Assembly (NCBI GenBank): GCA_964016885.1
Contig: OZ024745.1
Location: 113,708,001 to 113,772,000, forward strand
DNA: 64,000 nt
Source: Eledone cirrhosa
Taxonomy: Eukaryota
Direction of reading: 5' to 3'
Part shown: positions 1 to 15,853 of the stretch, piece by piece
How the letters are laid out: each line of letters opens with the position of its first letter
Numbering within the stretch: position 1 is the stretch's first letter
Notes under the pieces: generated by a model
What the model saw: only the letters and a program-made list of their open reading frames with translations
What the model was told of the DNA's origin: nothing
The model's database searches: none
Position numbers and translations under genes: made by a program

Positions 1-735
<735 letters not shown>

Positions 736-1324
736 TACAGAAGGATGAGCAACATAGCTTCGGGAGCCACACCCATATTCTATGGAGCGGTGAGTAGTGG
801 ACTACCGGCAGATACGATTTTATTCAAAGACTGATTTCACGTCGCTGCTGCTTAGTTCATAGAACATCTGGAGTCAGGCTGGCTGATGCCAAACTGGCGT
901 ATTTCGCTTCTCTAACATTCATTATCCGTTGATGCAGAAAACTGCACTGTCTTTTATTTTTAATTCACTGCCTAAAAGTGCCCAAAGGCTTTCCTTACAA
1001 TTCTATTACGTATCCATAGCAATTACTTTCCCAGTGAGAGTGAAACAAACACTGATGTGCATTAGAGCGGCAAATTTCTATCAAAATCGGAAATTTTCGT
1101 TGCAAAAGTCATTAAGCCGAACGCTACTGCAGCAATCGTTGGTGCTGTGTAGATGCTGTGTGCTCTTCTCTTATAGCATTCTCAACTGTCGGATATTCTT
1201 TCTTTTCCTAGCATACACACATATACTCACGGCTATCACATGTAACCATACACACAACACATGCCATACCATACACAACACAAGATACATACAACATATA
1301 ACGCAAACACACAGACACTGTACT

Positions 1325-1658
1325 TTATATGTGTGTATGTATGCATGTATATATGCATGTATATATGCATGTATATATGCATGTATATATGCATGTATAT
1401 GTGTATATATATATATATATGTATATATATACATACATGTGTGTGTGTGTGTGTCTGTGTGTGTGTGTGAGTGCGTGTGTGCTCGTGCATATTTTGTCTG
1501 TGTGTATAGGTACATACATATTTATGTTTCGTTCATAATTACTCTTACCTACCCATACATACACACTACAATTGACACATATCACATCTCAGTATGCATC
1601 CTCATCTGTATGCACGCATTTATATATGCTGAAGAAACACACACTCACACACACACAT

Positions 1659-1714
<56 letters not shown>

Positions 1715-1734
1715 ACACACACACACACATGCGT

Positions 1735-1805
<71 letters not shown>
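1325..1805. repeat. Compound microsatellite (TA/TG/CA)n
   Basis: Visible (CA)n then (TG)n blocks. Confidence 0.9.
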
Positions 1806-1806
<1 letters not shown>

Positions 1807-2893
1807 CAGTGAACATCACATATCCGCCAGCGGGTGAGGAATATTGGCAAACGGGATACTATATGCCGCTGCTTCTTTGATCTTATGATTAGCGTTTAAA
1901 AACGTTAACCGAATCAAGCGATTTTGGAATACGTATACAGATAGCATGGCCCGACATCAACACATCTTATATATTCTTCCTCTTTGAAGACATCACAAGC
2001 AGAAGATAGGAATACACTGTTACTGGAATAGAGCGATACAAAACAGTATTTATGCAGCAAATACTAATATATTCTTAGATCATTTTAGCAGTAAAATCTA
2101 ACATATTTAGAATGACACCTGAGGCCTGCGCAAAATCACTTTTTCTCGTGGAACGTTTCCGTGTTTTATACTGATAAACTAGAACGAATTTGGCGTTCAT
2201 ATTTTACCGTTTTATCGTGCAATTTTTAGCGATATATCTCTCATCACTCTTCTTTCAGATTCAAAAGACAGGTCCTGTATTGTAGAGAATAGCTGTTCTC
2301 TATTCTGGAATAGTTGGTGGGTAATACATACAGAATCAGTTGATTGAATTAAATTTAAACATGCGATATCGCCCATGTGTGCCGACCCTCTACCGATACT
2401 ACCAATTCACCGCCCACAATAATCTTTATCACTTAGACAAGGTATATGGTGGATCATTTTCCGCTTTCACTTCTAATGATTCTGGATGTAATGTGCAGCC
2501 TTCCAACAGTGTGTCCGTGAAGGATAAGTATATGCAAAAGAATATTATAGGTTTCTTGTGTGTGTACATGTGTGTGTATGCCAAGCACACAAATAGTAAT
2601 GAGAACCAGACAAAATATAGGAACATAGCTGTCAAAATAGACCAAAGTTATTTCTTTCCCAGGTAATTTTATTTCTTGCATCACCCCCCCCCCCCCACAC
2701 ACACATACACTAAAAAAAAAATGTTTCTTCAAATTTTTCCGGTCAAAGCAAAAACATTAAAATCCTAGCTTATTTCATTTTGTGAATGTTAACTCTGTTG
2801 ACACCAGTATACATTAACAAAGGAGCCTTATAAATGTTCAGATTCTTTTTATCTCTATATCTTTTCTTTGTTAATAGCATTGTTTTCTGTAAA

Positions 2894-3086
2894 GGGTGGT
2901 GGATTGGCAGTATCGGTAGGGGGCCGGATGCCATGCTTTGCAGCATAGAGTTACACCCCTTTACGGTCTGAGTTCAGATCCCGACGAGGTTAACTTTGCC
3001 TTTCATCCGTACGGGGTCGATAAAATAAAGCACCAGTAATGCACTGGGATAATTGCTGGCCTTGTGCCAAAAATAGAAACATTTAT
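2894..3086 (+). mobile_element. tRNA-derived SINE, Nin/Deu-domain type, full length
   Basis: GGTGGATTGGCAGTATCGG head, GAGTTCAGATCCC B-box, core GCCTTTCATCCGTACGGGGTCGATAAAATAAAG, tail GGCCTTGTGCCAAAAATAGAAAC; about 20 homologues in the window. Confidence 0.9.
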
Positions 3087-4980
3087 TTTCTGTAAGCATT
3101 CGGGTATTTATCCTTACCATTGATATATTCCATCCTGAATACAGTTAAGTCAATATTTGTTGGTTTAAATGAGAATTTTTGGTGTTCATGCCACTTCTAC
3201 GTGTATTAAACACACAAGTAAAATGCTAAATTGTATTATATTTTTATATGTCACCTTTTGTGAATTATAGCTTCGCTAATTCAGTGCCATAGACGATGTT
3301 GTGCCTGCAACCGAATGCGGAATAAATATAAGTAAGCGACTTCATTTGACGTAACTACAAAGAAACCCATGGCAGCTTCAGTACGATCGTAGAGACTTTT
3401 ATTCTATAGCACTGTACAATACCAGCCATAAATATGCAGCTGTATATGTGCGTATGTAATTTCGCACGTAAAAGCAAGGTATGTGGACATATTTACTAAA
3501 TGACCCATTGACTTTGATTAATATCTAACCAATACCAACCCAGCACAAACAAAGGTTTACTTGCAGTTCATACTTTAGTATAAAATGTTCTTTTATTAGC
3601 AGATGACAAATCAAAATAGAAAGAAATCAAACAACATTGATTTCTATAGTGTATTATCAACATAAACTGTCTTGTAAGATACTATACAAATACCAGATGC
3701 TGGTTGTACATACATTAAATGAAATAAAATGAGAAATGTTTGAACTGTCGTTGCATAAAGATTTCCAAATAAAAGACTAGACAAGTGAACAATTTGCTTT
3801 TATAATTCAATATTTATTAATGTTAAACTGTTTGGAATTTATATCTTTCTTTATGGTCTTTGAAAGTGCCATGATAGAAACTAGAAACCTATTCAACATT
3901 GTTATAGATACATTTTTAGTGATATTGATATACTTTATATTATCCACTTAATTCATCACTCTACAAAATTGATGGCCAAGTGGATAGCTCATAGGAAACC
4001 AGACTTGATATCGACAATCTGTATTCTGTCACCGATACTGATGTATGAGCGTGGTCAAGACATTTTGCTGAGATATCAGTGACGGTGGTTACAACGATTC
4101 TATATACACCAAGGTCTTAATATAGAACATCGAGGTAAACAGGGACAATGATGTAGAATTTAAGATGTTTAATTCGATAGCAGTGTTGAGTTCACTTGTG
4201 AAATTGTGGAAGAAACACGTTATCAGTTAAGTGTATTCCTATGCTTTAATCACTACATAAGTACCGATATTTCATTGCTAAATGAATGACAATAAACATA
4301 TGGGGGACTTTATGATATAATCTGTTTTCAATAGAGATTTAAATGCTGCTGAATTAGAACTATTTGCATTCGCTTGTTTATTTGCTTTTAGATGTTTTCT
4401 GTGTTAATACGCCTTTCGTTTCTTTATCGTTTCATAAATAACGCGTGCAAAATTAGATAGTTGTTGGGTTTCGATTTCCGGCTTTATCTAATGTATATCA
4501 CTTGTCCCGTTAAAGCTTTTGAGAGGAAAATAAAAATACAAAGTACCGTAATCATCTACCTAACAGAATTGCGACTAATTGACCAATAACAGATAGTTAT
4601 AATTACAAATATTTAGGAAAATGACCATTGTAGTCCACCGTCGACTAAATCGAGAATTTTAGTTCATTAAATATTTCTACGTACATCTTTCAAGCCGTCA
4701 TTGCCAACTTGAATTACGGATATAAGTAGTTTCTTCATATATTTTAGATATCTCTGTCCTTATAATGATCAATTTACAGTGACTGACATAGGGGTCATTT
4801 ATGCGTCAAATAAATTAAATATTTCAAACATGATGCGTACCATTGGGTGTCTGGCTATAATTCAAATCAACCAATTGGACAATCTATCTATCTATTTCTT
4901 TTTTCTCTCTTTATCACTTTCTCTCTCCCTCTCTCTATCTCTACCTATCTCTATAAATAAATAAATATATATATATATAA

Positions 4981-5261
<281 letters not shown>

Positions 5262-5271
5262 ATGTGTGTGT

Positions 5272-5350
5272 GTTCTCTCAATTCGTAGAAGTAGCGGCTC
5301 TACCTGGAGTGACTCTCTGATATCCGAGCTACGCACTTTATCGGGTAACC
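5272..5350 (-). mobile_element. RTE-clade LINE ORF fragment
   Basis: Translates [25 protein letters not shown], typical of the RTE region just before the LRW motif. Confidence 0.65.
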
Positions 5351-5389
5351 AGGTATGGTTTGGCACGAATACCGAATTGATGATAGTGA

Positions 5390-5439
<50 letters not shown>

Positions 5440-5891
5440 TTGTGTGTGTGTGTGGAAATCTTTATAGAAAATACAATAGAACGGTGCACTCAGGTGCACT
5501 CAGAGGATTAACTACACACGACTCAGTTCTATACAATACTTACTGAGTTACTGGGATTAAATTAATAACAAGCTGTTGTAGTCCATAAATTATGATTTGT
5601 GTCAACTTTCCCGAATGAAATAAAACCATTTACCATAATAGAGCATTTAAGTTTTTAAATATCTCTTGAAGAACGTGTCTTTATATACGTTTTCAGCCTT
5701 AAATTAATTTTTAAAACAATTGTTTTCATTGGTAAATTCAAAAGGCAAACTTTTCTTTAGAAATTATGAATTATCAACTGCTAACTGAATCACAAAAAGT
5801 TTTGTAGATTTATACAACAATTTAGCTAAAATTATTCCACGTAGTTATTAGAATTTCGTTTCTTCGATGTAATAAAATAAACAAAAATAAA

Positions 5892-6263
5892 ATAATTGTT
5901 TCTACTTTTGGCACAAGGTCAGCAATTACCCAGTGTATTACTGGTACTTTATTTTATCGACCCTGTAAGGATGAAAGGCAAACCTAACCTCGGCGGGATT
6001 TGAACTCAGATCGTAAAGGGACGTAACTATGCTGGAAAGCATGGCATCCGACTCTCTACCTATACTGCCAATAAAATAATTGTTTCTACTGTTGGCACAA
6101 GGCCAGCAATTATCCCAGTACATTACTGGTACTTTATCGACCCCGTAAGGATGAAAGGCAAAGTTAACCTCGGCGGAATTTGAACTCAGAATGGCAAGGG
6201 CCGTAACTTTATGCGTCAAAGCATGGCGTCCGACCCTCTACCGATACTGCCAATCCACCGCCC
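5892..6263 (-). mobile_element. Two tandem Nin/Deu-type SINE copies (5892-6072, 6077-6263)
   Basis: Both are reverse complements of the 2894-3086 SINE. Confidence 0.9.
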
Positions 6264-9200
6264 TAAAATAATGAAAGAAAATTACCATTATTCGTAATAG
6301 ATAGCATTTCAAGCCTTATATTTCTTGTGGAACGGGAAAAGGGTTTACAACGAAAATCACACTTTTAAGTCGGTAAATTGTTTGCCATGTAGTTTATGAA
6401 ATTGAAAGATGTATTTTCAGTAGTGTCCATCTGGTAGGGATTAATAACCCGTGTTGTATGACTGTACGAACTAAGAAATAGAAAGCAAACATGTCAAAAT
6501 AAATAAAAATGAAACATTAATCATTCCACCAGCAAAATTAAAGAACGAAAAATATATCTACGCATGATTGTGGTGTAAAATTAATGTTGCTTATTACATT
6601 GCCAGTAACCACTGGGAATTAAACCACCAAACTAAACCATCATTGATCAAATCCTATTATCGATCACTTATCTTTATGACATAATTTTATGCGCGCCAAT
6701 GAGCGGGTATGGGGATAGAAGGATAACTAGAACTAATAGTCATATCCTCCTCAAATCACACTATAACATATTCAGTAAGGAAGGAAATATTGGGCGTACT
6801 ACTACTGAAAAGGAGATGGGTTGATTTAGACTAGAACAGTTTTAACCATATGTCTGTTCAATCAAGGCTGACCTAAACTAATCAACAACGTATCTTTATT
6901 CAAACAAAGGTTGTTGGTATTGTACAACACAATTATAAATATATCAAATTAATAAATGTGTGGTGGGATTACATCTCACGTCAGTGGACGTGTGTGCTTT
7001 TGTATGTGTGCATATGTATTTTTGAGTGAGAATGTGTGTGTATGTATTTGAATTATAATCCAGATCAGACACTATCAAGGAAGTTATAGGTTTACAATAA
7101 TATAGCAAAAAGAATAAAGAAAAAAAAAAAAAGAAAAAAAAACACTCGGAGCTGGAAAACCTGGAAAACGAAGAGGACCAGACAAAGAAACGTTACGCAG
7201 GAAAAACAAAATACAAATAACAAATGAATTTGTATGGCACTGAAATACAGAGCCAGAAATAAATTTGTTCCGCTATTATTTAGCAAAGTTAAGTGTGTCC
7301 CTGTTATTATTTTCACATGCGGCATTGGTGTATTTAGCAGTAATGTCCAAATCAACCAAGCTCTATGATTATTTCACTCGACTGAATCTATTCGATTAAT
7401 GAGTGAAGATGCAGTTACAAAGATTGACTCTTCTTTCCTTTTCTTTTTCTTTGCCAATTTAGATGTTCTTTTGCTCTTGTTGGTCCCTAATTTGACCACA
7501 GACTGGCAACGTCTCTCACACACTAGATACTGTCAGAATAATGGCTATGCAACATTTGACCATTAAAAAGGAAAAGATTCCCCATTTTCCCTAAACACTT
7601 TACAAACTATTATTTTCTCACGTTCTTTTTGTTTACCTTCTGACTAAAGAAAGCACTGATTTTAGACAAAGACACCTGCTTTGAACGGTTAGTGAGTCTC
7701 AATTATTTTGTGTAGACTTTTTCTTCAAGATATCTGGAAAACAAAGCGTATTAACCCTTCCCTGCAACAACTGCTCCAGCGCTGTGCGTTCAAAGTTGAA
7801 CTCTCACCTCTTGTTGGCGAGTTCAAATCCCACATCCTGTAAAGTGTTACGACTCGCAGATAGTATCAGCAATGGAAACATAGTTTTCTTTGTCCGGTCT
7901 GACGATCGACTTCTTTCCTTTACTATTTTACTTCTAATGCATGAATGATTCAAGTTATATTGGCACTGGTTTTCCTTGTATGTGATACATGTCTGAAAAT
8001 ATATAGTTGTTATAATTATGACAGAATCGATAAAGAAGTGACAAAAATGTCTAGTTACTCACGTTTATTGTCTTAGTTGAAATCTCTACTTGACGTTTCA
8101 TATAATCTGTGTTGATAAAATAACTATCAATCAAATACTGGTAGTTAATCTCAATCGACCATGCCCTCCGTCAAAATATGTTGCCTTTTGACAAATATAG
8201 AAATTATTATTATGAGATCTGATAAAAATATCCCTAAACGTTCGAACTCAGCACAGTAAATTGTGCCAGGAGGCTTAAATGTTTGGTCTTTACTCCAATA
8301 GCTTAGCCACTCTTCCATTGTAACCCTTCAAATTAGTGGAAGAATAATGAACAAAAATAAAACAATGGAATAGTAAGGTAACTAACTCTTAACTATATAC
8401 TCTTCATGCAGAAGGCATCATGTGAAATTTTCCTGAACCATTATTATAATGCCTAACACGTAAATAATATTCACAGATATTCTAAGATTTGTTTAATACA
8501 TTTTAATCTATACATCCCTGAGGAGGTTTAACAAGGTTGAAGCGTGTCCGGAGTTGTTACCATATTTATCAATGGTTATTCGCATTCTTCATTGTATGTC
8601 TACTTTAAACTGATAATCATTTTTGTAAGAATTGTTTTGAGGAGATCGAATAATATCGAAATATATCCGGCGTCGTCGTCATACTTACCTACGATTAACA
8701 GCACTCACCCTTGTATGTCGCCATAGATTGATAATCATTTCATTAAAATGTGTCGTTGACACTAATACATTTCCTTCTCATTACGAATGCAATATAAATT
8801 ATATTACACACCTTTTGTGGTTCATTACGATAGGTATGTTAACATGCACTCAACTTAATCTTTAGTCGACTAACTCAGAATTTATATTGTAACTAAAAAG
8901 AAAACGGTTTTGTGCACATACGCACATGCACACACGATCTCATACATACACACACGCGCGCATTCACAAGTACAGAAAGAATCTACTCTGTGTCCCAACG
9001 ACCCTCAAGAAATTAAACAACAACTTTCAAGACTCGGCTGTTTTGCTCATTATTTTAGCAAGTTTTCCTTAAATTGATCACCAAATGACCTAATGAAAAT
9101 ACAATAATAATTAAAAAAATTAAGTGTAAAAAGACTTTCACAGTAAAATGTAATTAGTTTGCATATAACTACAAAACCTTCAATTAATTTGAGCAAGTAT

Positions 9201-10494
9201 AGCACCGAATACTGGAGTAAGTTTGAAATCATTTAAATAAAATTGAACATGCTGAAAATATTACTACAATTTGTTACTACAATTTTAGTATAAATTCTGT
9301 TACAACAATTTTAGTATAAATTCTATAGCTACTACTAAGCACTGACGCACCTTCTCCACTGTTGCCAAAAGAAGACCATTCTTCTGATTGGAAATTATCC
9401 ACTTACTAACACTATGTGCTGACTCAAAAGCGTGATTTTACTTTCAACCGGTATTGCTTCGGCCTTAGCTCTTCTGAAATATATATTTGCCTATCCTCTT
9501 CAGACCTACCCAACCCTTTTAACTATGGCTTACTTCCCCTATCCCGTACGAATCACGTCAGCTATAACTTTCTACTTAACCTTGTAACCCTTTATTTATT
9601 TCCCTCACTCACGTTGTTTTATTTATTTCATTTGTTTTTGTCACTGCAGAGACCAATATGCAGCTGTTGAATCACAACAGTCTCAGAGATACAGCAAATG
9701 TCATAGGTGTTGCCTTCTTACTAACTAATGAAAACATACCGCAGTGAAAATTGCAACACTTCGTAAAAACCAATCTCATCGGAAGAGATCTTTCTAGTGA
9801 ACATCTGCATGCATTAAAAAGTTAAAAAACTAAGAAGTCGATCCTTAAGAGCTGGCAGACGCCGGTCTGATCTGGCTGCCGTATTAAATCGAAAGTTAGT
9901 GAATGTTGCACGTGCTGAAAGTTGATTTATTGGCGAAGTGAACGATACAACTCTTAACTAACTAGTAAGTCAGTGAAGTCGAACAACGGCTTTTCTTTTG
10001 TCCCATTTCATTATTGTGTTGACTGTCATAAGAACAATAAAAATCTATGTCATGATAACAGCGTTGATATTTCCCAGAGAATAATGCCATTTGCTAATGC
10101 TTGCCAAGTCTTTCCTCATATAGGCTCTGATCTAACAGGTTCGGTATTTGTTTCGTTAGAAAATAAACAATTCCCATATTTATTGCCATATGGGATTAGT
10201 TATGTTATTGTTCGGATTTCGTAAATTACTTAGAGACATTCTTGTGGAAAGAATGAAAGTGTTGCAAAGCTTTTCAAGCAACTAATTCATATGAATACCA
10301 AAGCTTTTGATTTTGAATGTTAAAAGAGTAAAAGCTATTTAACTAGAAATCATAGAAAAATCTGGTTAAGTTTATTTAAACAATCGATATCTGACATAAG
10401 TATTTACCTTTTAGTATATGAGTATTTTTTTTACTTCCGTTATTTATTTATTTATTTAAAAGATTTAGAATTGATAGTTTATATAACTTTAGCA

Positions 10495-10686
10495 ATAATT
10501 GTTTCTACTTTAGGCACAAGGCCAGCAATTATCCAGTGCATTACTGGTACTTTATTTTATCGACCCCCATAAGGATGAAAGGCAAAGTTAACCTCGGCGG
10601 GATTTGAACTCAGATCGTAAAGGGACGTAACTATGCTGGAAAGCATGGCGTCCGACCCTCTACCGATACTGCCAATCCACTGCCCT
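10495..10686 (-). mobile_element. Nin/Deu-type SINE
   Basis: Full-length reverse-complement copy. Confidence 0.9.
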
Positions 10687-12237
10687 ACATAACATTAGCA
10701 ATAATGACAAGAATTAGATACTATACTTATTTTTACTGGTATGATTAAGGGATTATTATTTTATATTTATGAATTTTTCTAATAATCTCTAAAGTAATTT
10801 CTTAATAATAATATACACCTTAATCGTTGTGTCATCAAAGATGGGTGGTTATTTTATCCACTGAAGAGCACCAATTGGAACGACATGGTTTTCCAATTTC
10901 ATTATGTGTTAAACTAAAATGAGACTCTCTGTGTTCTCTCAAGCCACTAGAAATGGTAGCCAAATTTATTTCAAATCTCTTTTGTTCAATAACGTATTGG
11001 ATAATGTAATGCGTGGCATTCTATGCAAAAGCAAAAGATGATAATAGCTTGAATGGACTTTGATTGTCAGTATGACTGCTCTGTGAATGCTGACCTTGAA
11101 AAAAAGAACAGCAAGTTACCTTTATGAAAGCCTGGAAGCTAACGAAGCAGGATACGTTGAATAGTGAAGAACTAAATACAGTGTGTCTTAAAAAGAAAAG
11201 CAGGCTCGTCCCCGCACGAAAGACTTTGATCGTAGTTCTCCTGAATAAATGAAACCCTAGAACCAAACAATAATAAAACACCTTCCATTTATATTATCAC
11301 TTGCTCCGCATGTAGCAGATAAATGTTTCATTCACTTTAATGTTACCTCGAACAAATAAGAAAGCTTTTGCACACCTGTTCAGTCATTGAAAGACATCTA
11401 TAATAGTAAACTGATTGTCACGGTATGTGCTCGATGTTACTCTCCAAATACATATTCTTATGTGTTGCACTCAGACAGGCAAACGGTAAAACTGTAAGGG
11501 AGGGCTATAAGTCCAAGAGGTTATGCAACATACCTGCTGGCCTGCTGGCCTGCTTGTATCATCATATTTAGATAACTGACACAAATTTCCATATGCCCTG
11601 CTTGGGTCTAAGACCCATTCAGTCTTCCTGTCATCAACTCATTCACTCTTTTGAGGCATATAGAAACGTTTTTCATTTTTATTTTAGAAAACAAAGGTAT
11701 GCCTCTTTCCTCTTTTATATTTTTTTATTTCGATACAATTTTGGGACAAGTGGCCCTTTCGCTTTCGACATAAATTTTCGATAGATTTTCTTATGCCTGA
11801 TGTTTACCATCTACATTTTACTAGCAATTGTAGTAAAGTATTATTTGTTGCTATTGTTGTTGGTGGTGGTGGTGGGGGTGATGGTGGTGGTGTTCTCGTT
11901 ATTGTTTATATTGTTTGTGTTGATATTGTTTATTGAGGAAAAAATTGTGGGGCATATTTAACATTGAAATTGTGATCATTATTTTGAGTAACACATTGTA
12001 CCGCTACCATGGAGTTGGCTATTTTGAAGTGCAGACAATAATACAAATGGAGATTTGAACACACTTAAATATGGTAGTGGCGAAACGTTTTTCTGCAACA
12101 GTTAATAAGGTGGACTCTCACATAAAAGTATTTTGTTAGTACAATGAATAACATTCTTTTTCCTTTTCCAGGGCAATCACATCATAAGCAGGCTCTCTTG
12201 AATGCACATGTTCCCATGAACAATCAATAATATCAAT

Positions 12238-12445
12238 CATTTCTGACTTAGGTACAAAGCCAGTAATACGTGGGAAAGAAATAATCGATTATATTGGCCT
12301 CATTCCTTGGCTATTACTTTCTTTATCTAAGAACGAATGATGAAATGCAAAGTCAACGTCAGCGGGATTTGAACTAAGAAATCGAAAGCCGCATCCAAAC
12401 AGCATAAGCCATTTTGTCCTACATTTTAACGAGTCTACCAATCGA
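12238..12445 (-). mobile_element. Old diverged Nin/Deu-type SINE
   Basis: Degenerate match (GCAAAGTCAACGTCAGCGGGATTTGAACT). Confidence 0.6.
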
Positions 12446-12818
12446 CAACTCTTTTAAGGACAAACGCAGTTTTTGTGGGACGGTTATTGTCAATTGTAAA
12501 GATTTATTTTAATAGTAATTATTTAGATACTGTTCGAAAATGTCTAGTTACTATAAAAATATACATTGTTTCCTACAACAGCATTTAACTGAAGATTCCC
12601 AGGAATGAATAAATGGGAAAGTTACAATATCCTAAGAGTAATACTAACATATATTAAGGGTAATATATCAAAGAGAAAATCGAAAGCTAGTTGCTTACAT
12701 ACTGGGGATCTTGGCAATTCATCGCAACAATGCAACACCCCGAAAAACTAAAGACAACTGTCATAAACAGGTAAATGAAAACGAAAAGTGTAACAAGTAA
12801 GAAAGAAAGAAAGTAAGT

Positions 12819-12854
<36 letters not shown>

Positions 12855-13796
12855 ACGAAAGAAAGAAAGAAAGAGAGAATAATGCGTCATCAATGGCATG
12901 AACCGAATTTTTAATGTACATCGATCTACAAATAAAAATGAAGAAACCATATGCCTAAACCTATATCACAAAAGGATTTAAAAGAAATTAAGTATCTCAA
13001 GGATATTATAAAGTCAACATTAAAAGTTGACTAGAATGTATATTTACTGTATCATCAGTAAAATTCAACAGCTGTCAGTTCATACTTTTCTTAATGGAAC
13101 TAAGTCTCTGTCGTGAGGCCTTCAATGGAGAAGTTTAAGTATTTCGCTCAGTGGCGTCATAAATGGAAGAGGAGCGACACTTATTTCAACTGTCAATAAA
13201 TAACCAAAGTAGATTTCTCTTGCTTTTGTTCTCTGTGTCTGTATTTGTTAAACCATCTCTCTCTCTCTCACAGACACACACACACACACACACTCTCTCT
13301 CTCTCCCTCTTTCTCTCATCGTTTACACACACACAAACATATATATATATATATATATCTTGTCTTTCCGTTCGATTTCTATTATTTGCTCAATAACATA
13401 TCTCTCTTTCTCACAAACACCACACAAACACACTTTTCTCTACATTTATTTCCATCGCATACGCACAAAATATACATTCACATACAACGAATATATCTCT
13501 TTGTCTCTTTAGATATAATAAATAAGTCGCTTTCAAGAAGACACCCAACTGTTTGGCCATCTAAGATGAAACAGTGCTGATGCAATGCACTCTTGTATTA
13601 ATATTAAAGGGAAACGGCAATTCTACTGTTTCCAAAAGCACAACGACAATATTCTAATAACAATATAGCCCAGAGATTAACCAACAATTGAATATCTCTT
13701 GTATTTGATTATGTTTTAGCTAATTATACTTATATATAAACAAAAAATATAATTGTAACGTGTTTAGTTGTTGTCTTCCTGTTTCTTCTACAACAA

Positions 13797-14398
13797 TTAC
13801 AACGGTACGCGATGGGGCCTACCCAGAGCCCCGGCGGACAGAATGGAGAAGGCGTTTCCCCGGAGGACGGCAAGGGAGACGCGCTGGAAAAGCCACTCCA
13901 ACTCGCGGGGCTCACACCTGTGGCTGGCCAGCTCAGCGCCTATGGTGGTGAGTAAGGAGGTAGCCCTGGGGCCGAGGACACCAGAAGTCTCCACTGCCAG
14001 GGGTAGGACCGCAAACCTGTCGGAGAGCGACCGGTATTTGAGGAGTTTGGCCCCCTCAGCCCGACGTGCAGCAGAACCTGGGTCAGTCGCAGACTACACC
14101 AGGTTGCGGCTGCAGAAAGTGTCGGTGCAAGTGGAATCCCAGACGAGGGGTTTTCCACCGCAGAACGGGAAGATGGTCATGCCATCTGGCCTTTTGCCGT
14201 CTCCTCGATCCGCCCCACCGGCTCGAGCTGGGAAGGGAAGCCTGCAGCGTCCAAGCCATGCTTAATGACCTCGTTGAGGGCAACATGGCGTGGAATGCGG
14301 CCGGCACTGTGGCGACAGGAAAGCGGGTGGAGGCCGAAAGAGTCCACGGTGGAACCGCAGCGACATTGGTGTGGCTGACAAATCCGGAGGCCGATTAA
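13797..14398 (-). mobile_element. CRE-clade non-LTR retrotransposon 3' fragment (zinc knuckle + restriction-like endonuclease), pseudogenised
   Basis: Minus strand reads CQPHQCRCGSTVDSFGLHPLSCRHSAGRIPRHVALNEVIKHGLDAAGFPSQLEP, frameshift, DRGDGKRPDGMTIFPFCGGKPLVWDSTCTDTF..*..AVETSGVLGP..WLFQRVSLAVLRGNAFSIL; GC-rich island. Confidence 0.88.
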
Positions 14399-14542
14399 CT
14401 AATATGGTTGGGAGAAAAGGCTTCAGCGTTTTACAGGGGCCTATACGAGGCACTCATCGAGCCTCTATGTGGCCACTCAAAGTGCGAGAAATATGAACCA
14501 AATTGTATTCAATTCACACCCTTCGTTGACACCACTATCTAA

Positions 14543-14735
14543 TTTAGTCAATTGGTAGAGCGTCGGACTCAATGTTTCACGGCGTAGAGTTACGTCCCTT
14601 TACTTTCTGATTTCAAATCCCGCCCAAGTCAGATTTGCCTTTAATCCTTACGGGATCGATAAAATCAAGTACAAGTAACGCACTGGGGTCGATTTAAACG
14701 ACTTGTTGACCTTGTACCCCCAAATAAAAACATTT
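14543..14735 (+). mobile_element. Diverged Nin/Deu-type SINE
   Basis: Core TTTGCCTTTAATCCTTACGGGATCGATAAAATCAAGTAC. Confidence 0.75.
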
Positions 14736-15160
14736 ATGTAATTTAGTGAAGAAAATATACCTGGACAAAAAGGGGTTGATAACGACTGAAATACGTTTGT
14801 GTTTCACCACGTAATTATACAGCTTTCCATTGTCACTTATCTCATTCAAATGAACATCAACATGTAATCGATATTTCAGCTATCCAGTAGAAATAAAGTC
14901 GAACACCTTACCAGACAGTGTAAATATTTATGTGGTGTTCACCATTATCACCATTGAGGTTCCTACAATAAAGTGAATAGTTCAGAGATCAGAAAGATCT
15001 CCCGAACGGGGAGATCAGAGCTGCTCCGATATTACGCACGTGTGATTAGTATGACTCAGGAAACAATCGCATGACAGATATTAAGGGTAAATCAAGCCAG
15101 TAGAAGACCCAGGAGGTAGACCCCCCGAGCAAAAGAGTTGAATAACATCATTGACTCGTC

Positions 15161-15227
15161 TGAAGAAGAAGAAGAAGAAGAAGAAGAAGAAGAAGAAGAA
15201 GAAGAAGAAGAAGAAGAAGAAGAAGAA
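15161..15227. repeat. (GAA)n microsatellite
   Basis: Pure trinucleotide run. Confidence 0.95.
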
Positions 15228-15476
15228 ACGTTAAATAGCTGTTTTAGCCTCTTGTTGACCAACGTAAAATGAAATGTTTTGCTCAAGAACACTACCCACA
15301 AACCATTGGTAAGTCCAACACACTTACCACTAAGTCACGCACCTCCATCCATACGTTATATCAAGCTCATGTTTTAATTTCGATATTCATTAAAACTATC
15401 GTCAGTATACGCTTCCTTCCCTCTGGCTGCCTAGAAAAATTAGTAAGCACTAATTTGGGAAAAGCAGCAGCAATAA

Positions 15477-15658
15477 GGCGGACGTGAATTGGCAGTATCG
15501 GTAGAAGATCGGACGCCATGCTTTTCAGACCTTTACGGGCTGAGTTCAAATCCCGTCGAGGTTAACTTTGCCTTTCATCCTTACAGTGTCGATAAAATAA
15601 AGTACCAGTAATGCACTGGTTAATTGCTGGCCTTGTGCCAAAAGTAGAAACAATTATT
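15477..15658 (+). mobile_element. Nin/Deu-type SINE
   Basis: Matches 2894-3086 with a small internal deletion. Confidence 0.88.
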
Positions 15659-15853
15659 TACATAGTTGAGTCATCCACGCATATGAATCAGCTAGAGCAG
15701 TTTTGCAATTAATTTGATATTAAATGTTAAATGCAGGCTTATAATCATATGTTTAATAAACATATTTTACACATGTAAAAATATTTATATATTTATTTAC
15801 ATATATATCTTTATTTTTACTTCTTCCTTGTTCAGCTGAGCACATTATCTATA

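Noticed and set aside
13768-14265. 165-aa plus-strand ORF
   Set aside because: Antisense shadow of the GC-rich CRE fragment; the conserved motifs are on the minus strand.
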